From Octopus vulgaris (lineage: Eukaryota), in NCBI GenBank assembly GCA_951406725.2, contig OX597815.1, forward strand, positions 156,426,001 to 156,490,000: a DNA stretch of 64,000 nt. Direction: 5' to 3'. Positions within the stretch are counted from its first letter, which is position 1. Every line of letters starts with the position of its first letter. The notes beneath the pieces were generated by a model. The model was not told the origin of the DNA and did no database searches. It saw nothing but the letters and a program-made list of their open reading frames with translations. This document shows, piece after piece, positions 26,963 to 42,069 of the stretch. Position numbers and translations under genes: made by a program.

Positions 26963-27189
26963 GTGTGTGTGTGTGTTTTTAAGTAAGTATTATTCATCCT
27001 TTACAAAAGTCATGTTCGCGTCACATCACAACACTAAGACAAGACTATTTCACCTCGACTAGCCCCGATCTCTATAACATCATACCAACACACATAAGAG
27101 AAGAAAACGTTCCTGGACAAATATCTCCAACGAATTCCTTTTCCCGGTTATATAAAATCCTTAAATCCTTAAAAAGGTTTCAGCCAGAA

Positions 27190-27545
27190 GTCTGCGGCCA
27201 TGCTGGTGCACCACCGTTGAATGAGCTACACTAGTATGTGAATCCACCTCTGAATCGTGGCACTTGGTCAACAAGGGAGTTCGATGCCGCTGCTTGCCTC
27301 TGTGCCTCCTGCCGAGAGGTAGGTTCATATGGGACCCCCGACAAGAAGAGATCCAGTTTAGTTTTAAAGAAACCCACATCCACACCATGCAAGTCTCTCA
27401 GGCATTTAGGGAGGATGTTGAGGAGCTGTGGTCCTCTGAAACCCAAGCTGTTGCAGTATCTGGTCCTGTATTTTGATGGTGAAGTTGGAATCTTTGGCAC
27501 CATGTAGTGGCGCCCCGTTCTGTGGTTGGGATAACTTTGAATACC
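27190..27545 (-). pseudogene. CR1-group LINE 3' fragment
   Basis: Translates to NSLGFRGPQLLNILPKCLRDLHGVDVGFFKTKLDLFLSGVPYEP. Confidence 0.8.
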
Positions 27546-28044
27546 AAACAATAACTCTGCAAACAATAACTATCTAGTCGGTGCCCGAAGAATGACTAAT
27601 CTAAAACATCTGTAAATGTTTTTTCTTTCTTTTCCAAGTGGTATGATGAAGTTAGACATAGTCCTAATTTAAGACAGCAGAGAAATTAGAGTGTTATTTT
27701 TAACAGGTCAAGCCATTGTGCAGGGGGTGGGGGCTTACTTTGGCGTGAAGTAAACTTGGGTTTTATGTTTTATTCCGAAATTCACAATGAGCGAAAATAT
27801 GAAGGATGAAAAGCATTCGAGCTATGAGAATGTATATATCATGAACTTCAGTGGTGAATATATCCTGTATTAGTACAATTGGGTGACTGCAATGGCATTT
27901 TACTTCTAGTTTCTTGATGCCACGTTGTATAAGATCCCCGGTTAAGCACCATCTTACGTGGGCATCAGTTTGCTCGTTAAACAGCAATAGAGCAGGTATA
28001 TTTCTCTCTTAACCCACCCTCTTTCCTTTATATCTACCCCCTCA

Positions 28045-28085
<41 letters not shown>

Positions 28086-28596
28086 TTCCCTTTTCCCTAC
28101 CCCTCCATCTCTCTTTGTCCCGATCTCGTCATCTCTTTTCTTTATTTCCCTTTCTATGAGAAAAGCTCTAACTGTTAGATGCACTATACTGTATAAGGAT
28201 GCTATATCTAGCAAGAGAAAGAGCTAGCAATTTTTCGGTTACATATTTACATGCAATTACATTAGCATAATTGTAATATAGACTGAACCCTCTCCCACCA
28301 CATTCACACACAAAAAGGAAACCTCTAATTGTATTAGAGTCTGTCTTAGATTTCATACATTAAGTGAGGATTGATGTTTCCTCTTCTAATCTTAGTTGAT
28401 CGAAGTTTACCATCTCATTGTGTTATTTCTGTGAGAATCGCTTTCGTTTAAAAGATGCAAAGAATCAGAGAATAAAAACGTTACGGTTTAAGGACCGTCA
28501 ATTCTTTTAATGTGCGCATTACTTAGACATTTCAGTACATTGATACACAGAGAAAGTGCATGTGCACAATGTATATGTATATATATATATATATAT

Positions 28597-28649
<53 letters not shown>

Positions 28650-28928
28650 TATATATTTATACATATGTACATACATAGATTCACACATACATATTTATTT
28701 CTATATATAGATATATATACTTGCATATGTATATAAATGAAATGCATATCTATGTCAATGTATACATATGTGTGTGTGTGTTGTGTGTGTGTGTATTGTG
28801 TGTGTAAGTGTGTGTATGTGTGTGTGTGTGTGATGTGTGTGTGTGTTTGTGTATGTGTGTGTGTGTGTTTATAATGCATTTATGTATATATACATGTTTA
28901 TACGCAGAAATATATATATTTATATATA

Positions 28929-28997
<69 letters not shown>

Positions 28998-29017
28998 ACA
29001 CACACATATATTCAACT

Positions 29018-29049
<32 letters not shown>

Positions 29050-29547
29050 TAGATACGTTAATGTTTAACATTAACAGTGAACTCCTCTAATTCTATTTAA
29101 TTAACGCTTTCAATCTGTTATCAAACGCATCGTATAAACAGCTTAGGCGTTTAGTTAAACACAGACGTTTCGTAATGAAAAGAAATGAAGATCTTTAAAA
29201 TATATTATTCAAAAAAAAAAAAAAGCTGGAAAAAAATAGGAAATAAAATATCTTTAATTTTACGCATGTTGCACGTATCCTGCAGATATATTATCACGGC
29301 GGATATAATGTTTTACGTTTTTCGGTCTATTTTTCTTCTTTTTTTTCATTTTTTTTTTTTTGCATTTAGCATTAAAATGTGCATGCTTGTAGAGTATGAA
29401 GGTGACAATAGATGTGATAGAACATGAGACAATGCATGAGAAAGAAAGTGTGCGTGGTGCGTATCTATATGTATGGTTATGCCTGAATATATGTGTGTGT
29501 GTATGCATGTATGTATGTATGAATACATATATGCATGAGTGTATACG

Positions 29548-29579
<32 letters not shown>

Positions 29580-29740
29580 ATTCATGAACGCGTATATATA
29601 CACATATATACATAGGAGATTGTGAATGATTTTTGTTGTCTATTAACAGATATATTAGTTTCGTGCTTATATCAGTTTTGTCTTACTATCTTATATAACG
29701 TTCAACCTGAAGTAGCGCACAAAAAAAAATTTAGAAGAAA

Positions 29741-29810
<70 letters not shown>

Positions 29811-29860
29811 AATTCATTATTTCATTCTTTCAATTATCCTCACTCTTTTCTATTCCTCTC

Positions 29861-29905
<45 letters not shown>

Positions 29906-30037
29906 TCTATCCCTTTCTGTCATCACACAGGTTATCTTTATTCTTAATCTCATACATTCCTCTCTCTAAGACGCCTAAACTAATTCTACTCAAACGAAGC
30001 CCACATGTATGCACATACGCAAAAACATAGCTGTGTG

Positions 30038-30118
<81 letters not shown>

Positions 30119-30167
30119 GTGTATGTGTGTATGTAAGTACACACACTCACACTCAGATATATATATA

Positions 30168-30215
<48 letters not shown>

Positions 30216-30595
30216 ACACGCACATAGAAGCATACATATATATATATGAAATTGTAGGTATGTGTATACATGGTGTGTGCATGCGCGTGTGTGTGTGTGC
30301 TTGTATGTTTGCGAGTGTGTGCGTGTGTTGTCTCAAGATCCACGTAGTTCCGATAACCTTTCTGGAAACCTTGTAATTTCATGCTTAATTAAATATGCAA
30401 GTATATGTTAAGTACAATTGTGTATTCATAAATGCATGCATACATTTAAACAGACAGGTACATATACACACAACAAACACAAACACACACACACACAAAG
30501 GTATACACACACACACACATATGCGTATATATATATATATTCATATTTATAGCTCTGTACATTTCCTATATATGAACACGTGTGTTTATGCATGA

Positions 30596-30698
<103 letters not shown>

Positions 30699-30927
30699 AA
30701 TGTACACGGAGCCACAGACGCATGTGTGCATAAAATATGTACCCACATGTATATAACACCACACACAATCAACCACTCATTTAAGCACACGTCAGTATTT
30801 CTTTTAGTTATCAACAACCTTCAAGATTTTCTCTCTTAAACACAGAAATACGTGTGTGAGTACGTGTACATACATACACACAAACTTATATAGACTGTCA
30901 CACACACACACATATATATATATATAT

Positions 30928-30958
<31 letters not shown>

Positions 30959-31055
30959 CATGTATGTATATATGTATGTATGTATAGAGATCCATAAAGA
31001 CAGATAGATACACATAGACTTACACTTACATACATACGTACATACATATATACAT

Positions 31056-31111
<56 letters not shown>

Positions 31112-31754
31112 TGTTGTATATACATCCGGATTCGATAAACGTAAAGGTGATGTATTCAGGAAAAAAAAGGCAAGCAATGTGGGTCTAGAGATAGAGAGAG
31201 AAAGTGAGAGAGAGAGAGAGAAAGAAAAAGAGTAAGAGAGAGAGAGAGAATCACAGGGAGAGAGAGAGAAATTTGAAGTTTTATTTATTTACAAACAAAC
31301 ATTCCAACTGAACTGAAACACATTCAGTGTTGATGGTTAGTGAGAAAAAAAAAAAAAAACACATGATGAAGCCAGACTATTTCGTTATCATCATCAACTG
31401 ATGATGTCATATCTTATGAGAAGGCTGCTGCTATACATTTCACAATATAATCAATCGACTGTTGCAGCAACAGTGAAAACATGGAGGGAAGAAAAATAAT
31501 ATAGATGAAAAAAAAAAAGTAAATAACTTAATTAATATATAAATAACATGATAAATAAATAAATAAATAAATAATAAATATAGACATATGTAACTAGAAA
31601 GCAGTAGTACCAGTCTACTCTATAATATCATCAATTGTTGTGGTAATGATCGTGATGTCTGTTATAGGCTGATAGTAACTCTGTTGCTGTTGCTACTACT
31701 GCTGCGCTATACGACTTCAAGTTAGAAATGTCTTCTAATAACTGTTACAGACTC

Positions 31755-31806
<52 letters not shown>

Positions 31807-31827
31807 TACTTACATACATATATATAA

Positions 31828-31885
<58 letters not shown>

Positions 31886-31890
<5 letters not shown>

Positions 31891-32095
31891 TAAAAGGAAT
31901 TCGAACCTCGTCTGATTTTCACGTTTTATTTACAATCTTATAATAATATAATATAATATAATATGATATAGTAGAATAAAATAAAATAGTAGAATGTCAA
32001 ATGTTCATTTTGATTGAACTAGTACTTTCATGCATTAAATTCTGCAATCTTCAGGTTCATGTAGTAGTGGTGACAGTCATGCTTCACCAAAAATT
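31886..32095 (-). mobile_element. Solo 3' pLTR fragment of the Penelope element with an intact HHR (32015-32059), within (TA)n
   Basis: Matches 19882-20090. Confidence 0.9.
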
Positions 32096-32159
32096 GTCCT
32101 TCACCTAGAATATATATATATATATATATATATTAAGTTGAACGTGCTTCTGTCTATAA

Positions 32160-32206
<47 letters not shown>

Positions 32207-32812
32207 TAGTTTTATAGACAGAACCATGTTCAACTCAATCAATACTGAAAGATTTTATACCTGGCCACTCCATAAAATGTTAAATATTAAATCTTATACT
32301 AACTATATCTATTCTGAATCCCGTATTTTCCGTTTATAAGACTACATGTGTTTCATGAAAGTACATTAGTGTCATGCTTATATCGGTATTGTCTTACTAT
32401 CTTATATAACGTTCAACCTGAACTAGCGCACAAAAAATTAGAAGAAAATATCTCTGTCTCTCTCTACCTAATTCACTGTTAGATTCGCTGAAATTACATC
32501 GTTTCCCACCTACTATCGAACTGTGCAGAATTATGCCGAAACGATCGTTGTGATAAATAAAGTTTCCTACATATTCTATCTTCCGTAACAACTTCTATGA
32601 CAATATCTGCGATTAAAAGACGAATGATTGTTCATAAAAACATTTCAGATTCCAAAGGGAAAAGATGTAGAAGAAAATTCAATAATATCTGTCACTTGTG
32701 TTTGAAACCTTGTCAGTCAGCAGTCATCTGAGAGCTCTTCAGGGATAGGTCTGTATGTGTTGATGGGACAGCTATCATCTGTTAAGATGAAGAAAACATC
32801 ATATATGTGTCG

Positions 32813-32878
<66 letters not shown>

Positions 32879-32896
32879 ATATATATATATATATAT

Positions 32897-33750
32897 ATAA
32901 GTATCCGAATTGTTGCTATAGTGACGAAGCTAAATCACGCAAACGATTGACCTTGAATTCTGTTGTGCATGTGCACTAGGTTTTAACGTTCTAGCTCACT
33001 TCCGCTATTTACAGCAGTGCTTGGAAGGAAGGTGTGTAGCGTGTAATCGTCACATTGACCATAATCGAGAAAGTTATCATGGCGATATCTACTTAGAGGC
33101 CTACGAAAATTTGCAGAAAGTGTAGGGAGAGAAGTGTATCAGGCGCACGTAAGTGTATGAGTAGTTCAGACGTTTCCAAAACGGCCGAAAAAATATAGAT
33201 ATTGATGAACATTCTGGGTGGCCCGCAACCAGCAGAACTGAGAAAAACATCGTAGATGTGCGTGCAGCTGTGAGGAGAAATCGCCGAATTATCATCCACG
33301 AGTTATCAGAGGACGTGCACATTAGTTACGGTTCAGGTCAGTCCATTATCACTGAATATTTGGGTATGAGATGCATATCTGCCATGTTTGTGCTTTCAGA
33401 TAACCAAAAAGCCACTCTGGTTTCCATTGCACAATATCTCCTTGATTGTGACAAGAACGAGGAAAACTTTTCGTAAACTTTGCTTTGGCCCCTAAGGAGG
33501 TATCGCTAAGCTTTTGGCAAAATTTCATGCAGATTTTCTGCTCAACTTTGTCATGTTCAATGCGATTGATCTCACGCAACATACGTTCCTTCGAAGCAAT
33601 GCCATAAACAGTAGAATTGAGCTAGAATGTTAAATCTTAGTGCTCTTGCACAGCAGAGATCACGGTCAATCTGTGGTAAACCTCTTCATACTGCATACTT
33701 CAACTGCGTTACTATGGCTACAGTCCGGGTATTTATTGATCAGACCACGT
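32897..33750 (+). mobile_element. Decayed mariner element with an internal inversion
   Basis: Plus strand VYE*FRRFQNGR..DEHSGWP, NRRIIIHELSEDVHISYGS and LGMRCISA. The transposase N-terminus VEQKICMKFCQKL is inverted at about 33500-33580. TIR-like ends AATAAGTATCCG / CCGGGTATTTATTGATCAGACCACG|TA. Confidence 0.8.
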
Positions 33751-33819
33751 ATATCAATAAGTATCCGGACTTTTACCATATCAAAGAAGCTGAAGCACGC
33801 AGAGTGAAGACATATACTC

Positions 33820-34160
33820 ATTTACTTGTTTCAGTCATTTGAATGTGGCCATGCTGGAGCACCACCTTTAGTCGAGCAAATCGACCCCAGGACTTATTCT
33901 TTGTTAGCCTAGTACTTATTCTGTCGGTCTCTTTTGCCGAACCGCTATGTTACGGGGACGTAAACACACCAGCATCAGTTGTAAAGCGATGTTGGCGGGA
34001 CAAACACAGACACACAAACACATAAACACACATACATATATACATATATACATATATACATATATACATATATATGACGGGCTTCTTTCAGTTTTCCGTC
34101 TACCAAATCCACTCACAAGGCTTTGGTCGGCCCGAGGCTATAGTAGAAGACACTTGCCCA
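33820..34160 (-). mobile_element. SINE family A (5'-truncated)
   Basis: Matches 8190-8528. Confidence 0.85.
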
Positions 34161-34471
34161 ATATATATATATATAAATGCTCGAATTACGAGACTAGAAA
34201 AACAGCTAATAACTGATGAAGGGTCGTTGTTTATGTTGTTTGTTTTGTTTTCCATTTGTGTCTTTCGCTGTTCGAAAGAATAGGTCATGTTCCATGTACT
34301 CGTGCTTCGTACTTTATTGTTGTACACGTTTCGTGTCGTCCTGTGCCCACATATGCATATATGTATATACGTATAGATGTATATGCATATACGCATGTAT
34401 ATATGCATATATACATCATTTATATTATACTATATTATATATATATATTTATATATATATATATGTATATA

Positions 34472-34512
<41 letters not shown>

Positions 34513-34825
34513 GGGTTGTTGCACTCAAGATATCAACATCGTAAGTTCAGTTCCTGCCACATCGTCTGGAGCGTAGTGTTCTTGAGTAAAACACTTCATT
34601 TCACGATTCTTCGCGATCCTTTCGACATGTGATACGTGGCACATTTGCACACCTGTACTGGCAATCATCGACTTGATTAAGAAAGTGAGCATATATAAAC
34701 ACAAACATTAGAACCACTATAAACAATTAATCTGTGTGGTTGCTTCCAGCGAGAAATCACGAAACCCCTACCTGTCATTTGAGGACAGAAGTCGCTTTCT
34801 CCCTCTCTCTTTCTCTCCCTCTCTC

Positions 34826-34857
<32 letters not shown>

Positions 34858-34991
34858 TAAATATATATCAAGATCCTTCCCGAGATATATAGGCTCATAG
34901 AACCGTTTTCCCGCTTCAGGAATCGAAAACACAATTTTATCACCGTGAGTCCAATACCGTAGCCACTAAACCACGCACCTCCACACACACA

Positions 34992-35082
<91 letters not shown>

Positions 35083-35981
35083 TACAAAAGGATGTTATAA
35101 TGCTATTCCGCAGTCATACCAACAATCCAACATACGTCTTTCATCAGCTGCCCCTTGGCCTCGACAACCGGACTGTACCACCCGATCCGGCGGTGTCAAC
35201 AGCACCAAACTATGTGCCGTTTGAAAACTAGCAAACCAAAGAAACCACAACTTCCAAACACATTTACCCAATGTACAATCGTATCGGTAAATATATTCAA
35301 TAAGTAAATCACATCCAGCTCCTAAATATGTAACTAAACAGCAACAACTCTATTGTCATACAAAATTATGATGCCTACTGTCTTCCGTAGTATTATATAA
35401 AAGTGAAAGCTTATTAACCACGTTCTTTCAATTCATTAATGTATAGTCATTTAATGAAACTACAACAAAGACACATATAAACCAATGTACATTGTATCGT
35501 TATTAATAGTAAACCTGCAATAACAAAATCATATGCTAAACCACGACTAATCTTTAAGTCCATACAAACAATAATCCCATCAGTCTTCCATTGCTACCAC
35601 TATAATGAAAGTTAAAACTTTATATAAATCTCTCCAAAACAAAACAAACACGATTGAAATTAATTTAACTAATAATAATTATGAGTGAAATACATTATTT
35701 CATCATTCAAAAGTTAATACTCAAACACTACATACTCATTAAAATATCACCACTACAAGCTATAATATTAAATTACCAGTAACTAATAGACGCATTAAAT
35801 TTCATTATATAAGAAATAATAAAAGTACTTGCAATTAACTATTACCATAAAATCTTGCTATGTTTAAAGTCATCTAAAACAGCCCAAAAGATAATAAAAC
35901 TACAAGTATCTACACTTACATGCTTAATTAGACAAGCGGTTCCAGAACCAAGAATTTAAAGGACCAACTAAATATTGATTA

Positions 35982-38618
35982 TGTAGTGACGCTATACAGC
36001 GGCGCGCGCGCGCACCGTCCATTCCTGTTTCGCGCGTGCGGAGTTTGGTGCTTTCATCACCGGAAGTAGGACCATTTGCCTACGTGGCAGTTAGCCGAGG
36101 CAAGGGGATCGTAGGACGTTGACCACTAGCGTTCAGCAGCAGTCAGCGTCTTGAGACAAAGCGACCGAGGGCAACGGACGTATATTTTCTCGCTGTCCAT
36201 TTTTGATAGCAGTCGGCCGAAGGCTTTAACCAAATTGTTGCAGACAACATCATCTTCCTCTTTCCGGACGCCATCTTTGACCAGTGTCGTTAGCATTTGA
36301 ACACTGTAGATTCTACAGCGATATAGTTCAGCTCTGACACATCTATACCAAAGGGATACCCAGATATACCACTTATTTGTTACTGTCATAAGAGAATAAA
36401 GTAGATATATATTATTTACTTCTGCGTCTTGTTGTTTCTGACTGGTAGAGAATCTGGATTATTAAAGCAACGGAAAGTGATTGCTTCTCGCACCCCCAAA
36501 AGGTCCAGGGAAGATATTCACACATTTTCGTTACACTGGTGACCCCGACGTGATTCTGGTCTAAAACCAGAGATCACTTAACAACAAAGAAATCCAGTTT
36601 TCTGCCAGGTCGGAACACGATTTAACTCTACGCAAGTCATCATCTTTCGACGATTTGTTTCCGGTCCCCTCGGACAGTTATAGAAGGAGCCTTTTTTATT
36701 CTTCAACATAATGACGGACGCCATCATATCATCGATGCTTTTTCTCTGCCTTCGTCATCATCATCGTCGTCTTAGAACTTCACGTCGTCGTTATCTTCGT
36801 CGCCATCACCACTAAGAACAATGTTGTCTCAAGTCCACTACAGTCGCCTCCACCACCAGTCGCCTTCAACACCGTCGACACAACAAGATGTAAATAGCAA
36901 CTCGCGGAAGTTTAGCCCACTTGTTGTTTGTGCATGGCACACCAAGGAATTAACAGCCCAGCACTATCTGCGAGATTCTTCTGTTCCAGTTAACCTGTCA
37001 CAGCATTGAAGCCACAACCGTTACACGATATGTGTCCAATCGGCATCTGCATTTGTGATTTCAACATTCTGTTGCAGAACGAACTGCTATTGTGCATCAG
37101 GCTATTACGGACTGGTAAAATAACTCCATCTTGTCTGAGATAGCCCTGAGAGACATTTTTCTATGCGCTGTATTTTTATTTTTGCTCGCATTCACCTTGT
37201 TGTATTTTTTGTCGCACACACGTACACACACATAAATGCTATCTCTCTCACATACATACGTCACACATGCTTTTCTCGCTTGTTTTTTCCATGCTAAATT
37301 TGCCTTTTGTGGACACACCTCATTTCTATAGACCCTAGGGGTCACGTATACATAGAGAGGGTTGTTTGTCCATTATAACGCGCCGGCATGCCATACTTTT
37401 GTTCCTGTACGAACGAGGCATATAATCGCTCAACAACTGGCATATTCATTGCTGTTTTTTCGGTCTAGCAAGCCCTATTGCATTCATGCACCTTTTTGCT
37501 CCGCACGTGTACTGCCTTGTTTTTGCAACACGTTTGCGTTAGCTTAATTCTTTTCCCGACTCATAGAACGTCGGATGTTCACATGCGCTGCGCCATGTAT
37601 AGGCGTAATTTTTTTCCTGTTAGACCTCTGTTGGTCACGTAATTAACAGAGAAAATTATCTGTGTCGCGCATCACACCAGCATGCTTGCACTGTCTGCCT
37701 TTTTGTGTTACTGGCGATCTATCTGTCGATTCCATTTCCTCTCCTGCAGCAATTGACTTAACTGCTATTTCGCAGGATCAACCACCTTTAGAGGAGTTGG
37801 ATTTAACTTCGCCTAGGTTCATTAACTGTGAGTTTGCTTTCCTTCCGCTCCCTTCAGCGGAAGGGTTTATACTTTGTGACGTATCCACCTTCACGCATGC
37901 ACTTTGATTTTGCTCATTTTGAGTATTTTTTCCTTTTGGTAAATTTCTCATGTATGTTGTAAATTTTGCCATTTTATTATATTGTGTGCTATTTGGTTAT
38001 CTGGTATCCACCTTGAGTTTTATAGTCACTACAAGGAATTTTGTGTTGTGCTTCGCACTGGTGTGGAGCTCTGTAGTGACGCTATACAGCGGCGCGCGCG
38101 CACCGTCCATTCCTGTTTCACGCGTGCGGAGTTTGGTGCTTTCACCACCGGAAGTAGGACCATTTGCCTACGTGGCAGTTAGCCGAGGCAAGGGGATCGT
38201 AGGACGTTGACCACTAGCGTCCAGCAGCAGTCAGCGACTTGAGACAAAGTGACCGAGGGCAACGGACGTATATTTTCTCGCTGTCCACTTTTGATAGCAG
38301 TCGGCTGAAGGCTTTAACCAAATTGTTGCAGACAACATCATCTTCCTCTTTCCGGACGCCATCTTTGACCAGTGTCGTTAGCATTTGAACACTGTAGATT
38401 CTACAGCGATATAGTTCAGCTCTGACACTTCTATACCAAAGGGATACCCAGATATACCACTTATTTGTTACTGTCATAAGAGAATAAAGTAGATATATAT
38501 TATTTACGTCTGCGTCTTGTTGTTTCTGACTGGTAGAGAATCTGGATATTAAAGCAACGGAAAGTGATTGCTTCTCGCACCCCCAAAAGGTCCAGAGAAG
38601 ACACACTAGTTCGTTACA
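35982..38618 (+). mobile_element. Non-autonomous LTR retroelement (Ty3/gypsy-like)
   Basis: TG...CA LTRs at 35982-36535 and 38072-38618, highly similar. 4-bp TSD ATTA. No gag/pol ORF in the 1.5-kb interior. Confidence 0.95.
36537..36554 (+). promoter_or_regulatory. Primer-binding site for tRNA-Trp
   Basis: TGGTGACCCCGACGTGAT, 1 nt after the 5' LTR, is the canonical 18-nt tRNA-Trp PBS. Confidence 0.9.
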
Positions 38619-38939
38619 ATTACATAGCGCGCAATTATCACTTCCTCAATTGTCTCAAACAACAATGGCGACGCAGTAAACAAATAACTCGAATCGTAAA
38701 CCTTCCAAATCCTTACAAAAATTTGTTAAGTTGAAGACCGGATATTATCCCGTATTTATTATTTAAAACCACAAGGTTCTCACCCAAACACCGATCAAAA
38801 GTCCCAACCAAGTTACCATGCCCCTGATTCTCTAAATATCCCAACAGTTTATTCTTTCCAAAAATCCACCAAGACTATATCTAACAATTTGCCCAGCAAA
38901 AACACCATAACCAACAAAAGAAGGAATTCCACTACCGAA

Positions 38940-38988
<49 letters not shown>

Positions 38989-38994
38989 CGTCTT

Positions 38995-39036
<42 letters not shown>

Positions 39037-39322
39037 CAGAGATCCAGAGATGCACACGCACGTATAATTTGTAAGCCAATGAAAGTGAACTCTACACTCG
39101 CGATAAGTCTTAACTGATACGTGCGCATGCGTGTGGGAATGACTGTGTAGAAATTATAGCAATGCCATTATTAGTGTAACCGTACCAACATTAACTTAGC
39201 TAGACCAAAATATATTTAGAACACGTTTCCACTTAGGCTTCTAGGTGTGTTCTTGTGATAGGATTGCTGCAATTATTCTTGTTTTCTTCACTGTTTGTGC
39301 TTGTACATATACCTTTCGGAGG

Positions 39323-39369
<47 letters not shown>

Positions 39370-39774
39370 CGTGCGTGCGTGTGTATGTGTACGTACGCCT
39401 CGTTCTTATCTGCATTTCTATCGGTATAGAGACATGTGGATGCGCATACCTCTGTACGTATACATGTTGTATGCAGGTATTTGGAAATTTTTCATTTGCT
39501 TTCCAATGTTTTCAAAGAATTGTGAAATCAAACACTCTTGGTTATATAACTGATTATATATGTGTGTGTTTGTGTTTGTCTGTCTATATGTGTGTGTGTG
39601 TGTGCATATGAGATATGAGTGTACTCCACGCATGCATGTACATACATATATATATATATATACCTATATTTACTTACAAATTCGCATAGAAACACAAATG
39701 CATACTTTCGAGTCTTTGTGTATATACATGCACATAAGCATATAAATATAAATTCATACATACACACAGACACA

Positions 39775-39840
<66 letters not shown>

Positions 39841-40634
39841 GTCGCCATAATAGATCGTTAGCCACCACACACATTTTTTTTCTCTCCTTGTTTTTTCTGT
39901 GTCCCTTTCTGTAGAAGAGCATAGGCTTGACACAAGAGTCTTTTTCTATTCCTGAGCGTTATACTAATACATCTGTTTGTTTTATACACCACCTGTCTTC
40001 GTCTTTTGCTTTTTTCGTAAACTCTCCCTATATCCACATATATATATATACATACATACATACACAGTATGGGGGTTTAGTTCACAGGAGATCTAAACGA
40101 TTAGGTACACTAGGTAAGTACTGTAACGGATTACTAAGGCCGTGTGTTGTGCGTGTTTGTGTTTCGTGTATGTGTGCGTCTCACGTTATCTCAGAACAAA
40201 ACTAGAACATCAACATATTGCCAAGGAACAGACATGCATATGAGAGAAACCAGTATCTGTTCTTCATAGCATCTTTAATAAGCAACTATTGTTAACAGTT
40301 TTGTTTCTGTCCCCACTCCTTTCTTTCTCTCACGTTTCTTAATGTTGAAGTGGCAGCTTGCCGATGCTCTGCTAAATTTGACCTCACTTATCAGGAAATG
40401 TGTAAGTACGACTGCATTACTCGATTTGTCTTTCATTTTTAGTCAACTTAGAGTAAACTGCGATATGATGAATATTTGGTCTTTCCTTGTAACGAATTGA
40501 GCAATTACATTGAAAAGTCATTAATCAATTCGCATAGAAACACGCGGCTCATATTTCTCCAGCTGGTGTTATTTACATTTTAATTGTAATTCGTGGAAAT
40601 GCTTAGAACTTAACAAATTGGGTGTGGGCGATCA

Positions 40635-40813
40635 GGTATGGCCACTGGTGTGGCTGTGCGGTTAAGAATTTCGCGTGACAGCAATGGTTTCAAACCCTCT
40701 GCAATGCGAGGCACCTTCTACTATAACCCAATTATTTACGATAAATTTGGTAGACAGAATTATTCAGAAGCCCGTCCTACATGTGTGTGTGTGTGTGTGT
40801 ATGTGTGTGTGTT

Positions 40814-40869
<56 letters not shown>

Positions 40870-41062
40870 TGTGTGTCTGTGTCTGTGTGTATGTGTGTGT
40901 GTTTCCCGACCACTTGACTAGCAGTGTTGGTTTGTTTAAGCCGAAAGAGTGCCGTATCATAAAGTACCAGATTTACCATAAGTAGCGGGGTCGATTTGTT
41001 CGACTAATCTTATTTGGTTTCACTTGGGCATTGACGCAACCAAATGGCTGAAATGAATAAAT
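40635..41062 (+). mobile_element. Degenerate SINE family A
   Basis: Head GGTGTGGCTGTGCGGTTAAG, then GGTAGACAGAA..AGAAGCCCGTC and an internal (GT)n. Confidence 0.6.
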
Positions 41063-41079
41063 GAGTCTCTCTCTATATA

Positions 41080-41385
41080 CAGGGTTATTCAAAACGAATG
41101 AACCGATTTCATTACGCAATATTTTAATAAGGAAAAGCAATAGAAATCTCCAGCTAAGTCACAAGTATTTACTCACAATCAACTTTTATTTCCTGTCTTA
41201 CAAGAGTTCAATGTGGCCACATTGATGTTGCCCGTGCTGCAGGTGGTGGCAACATTGTACACTTGTAAGACAGAAAATAAAAGTTAATTGTGAGTAAATT
41301 CTTCTGACTTAGCTGGAGTTTTTATCGCTTTTCTTTATCAAAATATTGCGTAATAAAATCGGTCATTCTTTTTGAATAATCGTGT
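41080..41385. mobile_element. Palindromic Tc1/mariner MITE
   Basis: TA|CAGGGTTATTCAAAA ... TTTTGAATAATCGTG, with about 140-bp imperfect inverted arms. Confidence 0.8.
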
Positions 41386-41401
41386 GTGTGTGTGTGTATA
41401 T

Positions 41402-41727
41402 TGAGACCCCCTTTGGTCATGAATGACCATGAGATTGCACCTAGAAAGTTACCCTCCGAGGCACAAGTCCTGGCAAGGCTGTTTATGGAAGGCCAGCAGT
41501 CGCCCATGCATAACAGCCTCCCCTCTCCAATACACTGATGTTATCCAAGGGAAAGGCAAAGGCCGAAACATCTTGGCACCACTGATATCGCAACTCATTT
41601 CTACAGTTGAGTGAACTGGAGCAACGTGAAATACAATGTCTTGCTCCAGAACACAACACTGCAGCCCGGTCCGGGAATCGAACCCACAACCTCACGATCG
41701 TAAGCTCGTCGCTCTAACAACTGATCC
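41402..41727 (-). mobile_element. tRNA-derived SINE (family D)
   Basis: Minus-strand B box GGTTCGATTCCC. Plus-strand copy at 56322-56577. Confidence 0.8.
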
Positions 41728-41759
<32 letters not shown>

Positions 41760-42069
41760 GTATAAAATATGTATGTTTCTTTCTTTCCCACTCTCATCTG
41801 TATGTATATATATATATACGCGCCTACAGAAGAGTATTCGATATTGCTTTAGTAACGGCATTAAACCACAGGAGGAGGTATTACCTTAATGATATTAAAC
41901 GGTGGGAGCAGTTATAATAATAAGCATAATGTCTTCTAATGAAATTTGACGTTATTGATATTTGTTTGTATTTTTCGTGTTTAAGAGCTTCATTGTCTCC
42001 TATCTTCATTAAATATTTTGTAGTTATCTCCGGTTGTTTGACTGTAAACTGATATCTTTCGGAATGAGT

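Noticed and set aside
36126-38606. Duplicated ORFs MTVTNKWYIW...
   Set aside because: They lie antisense within the two LTRs and show no gag/pol similarity.
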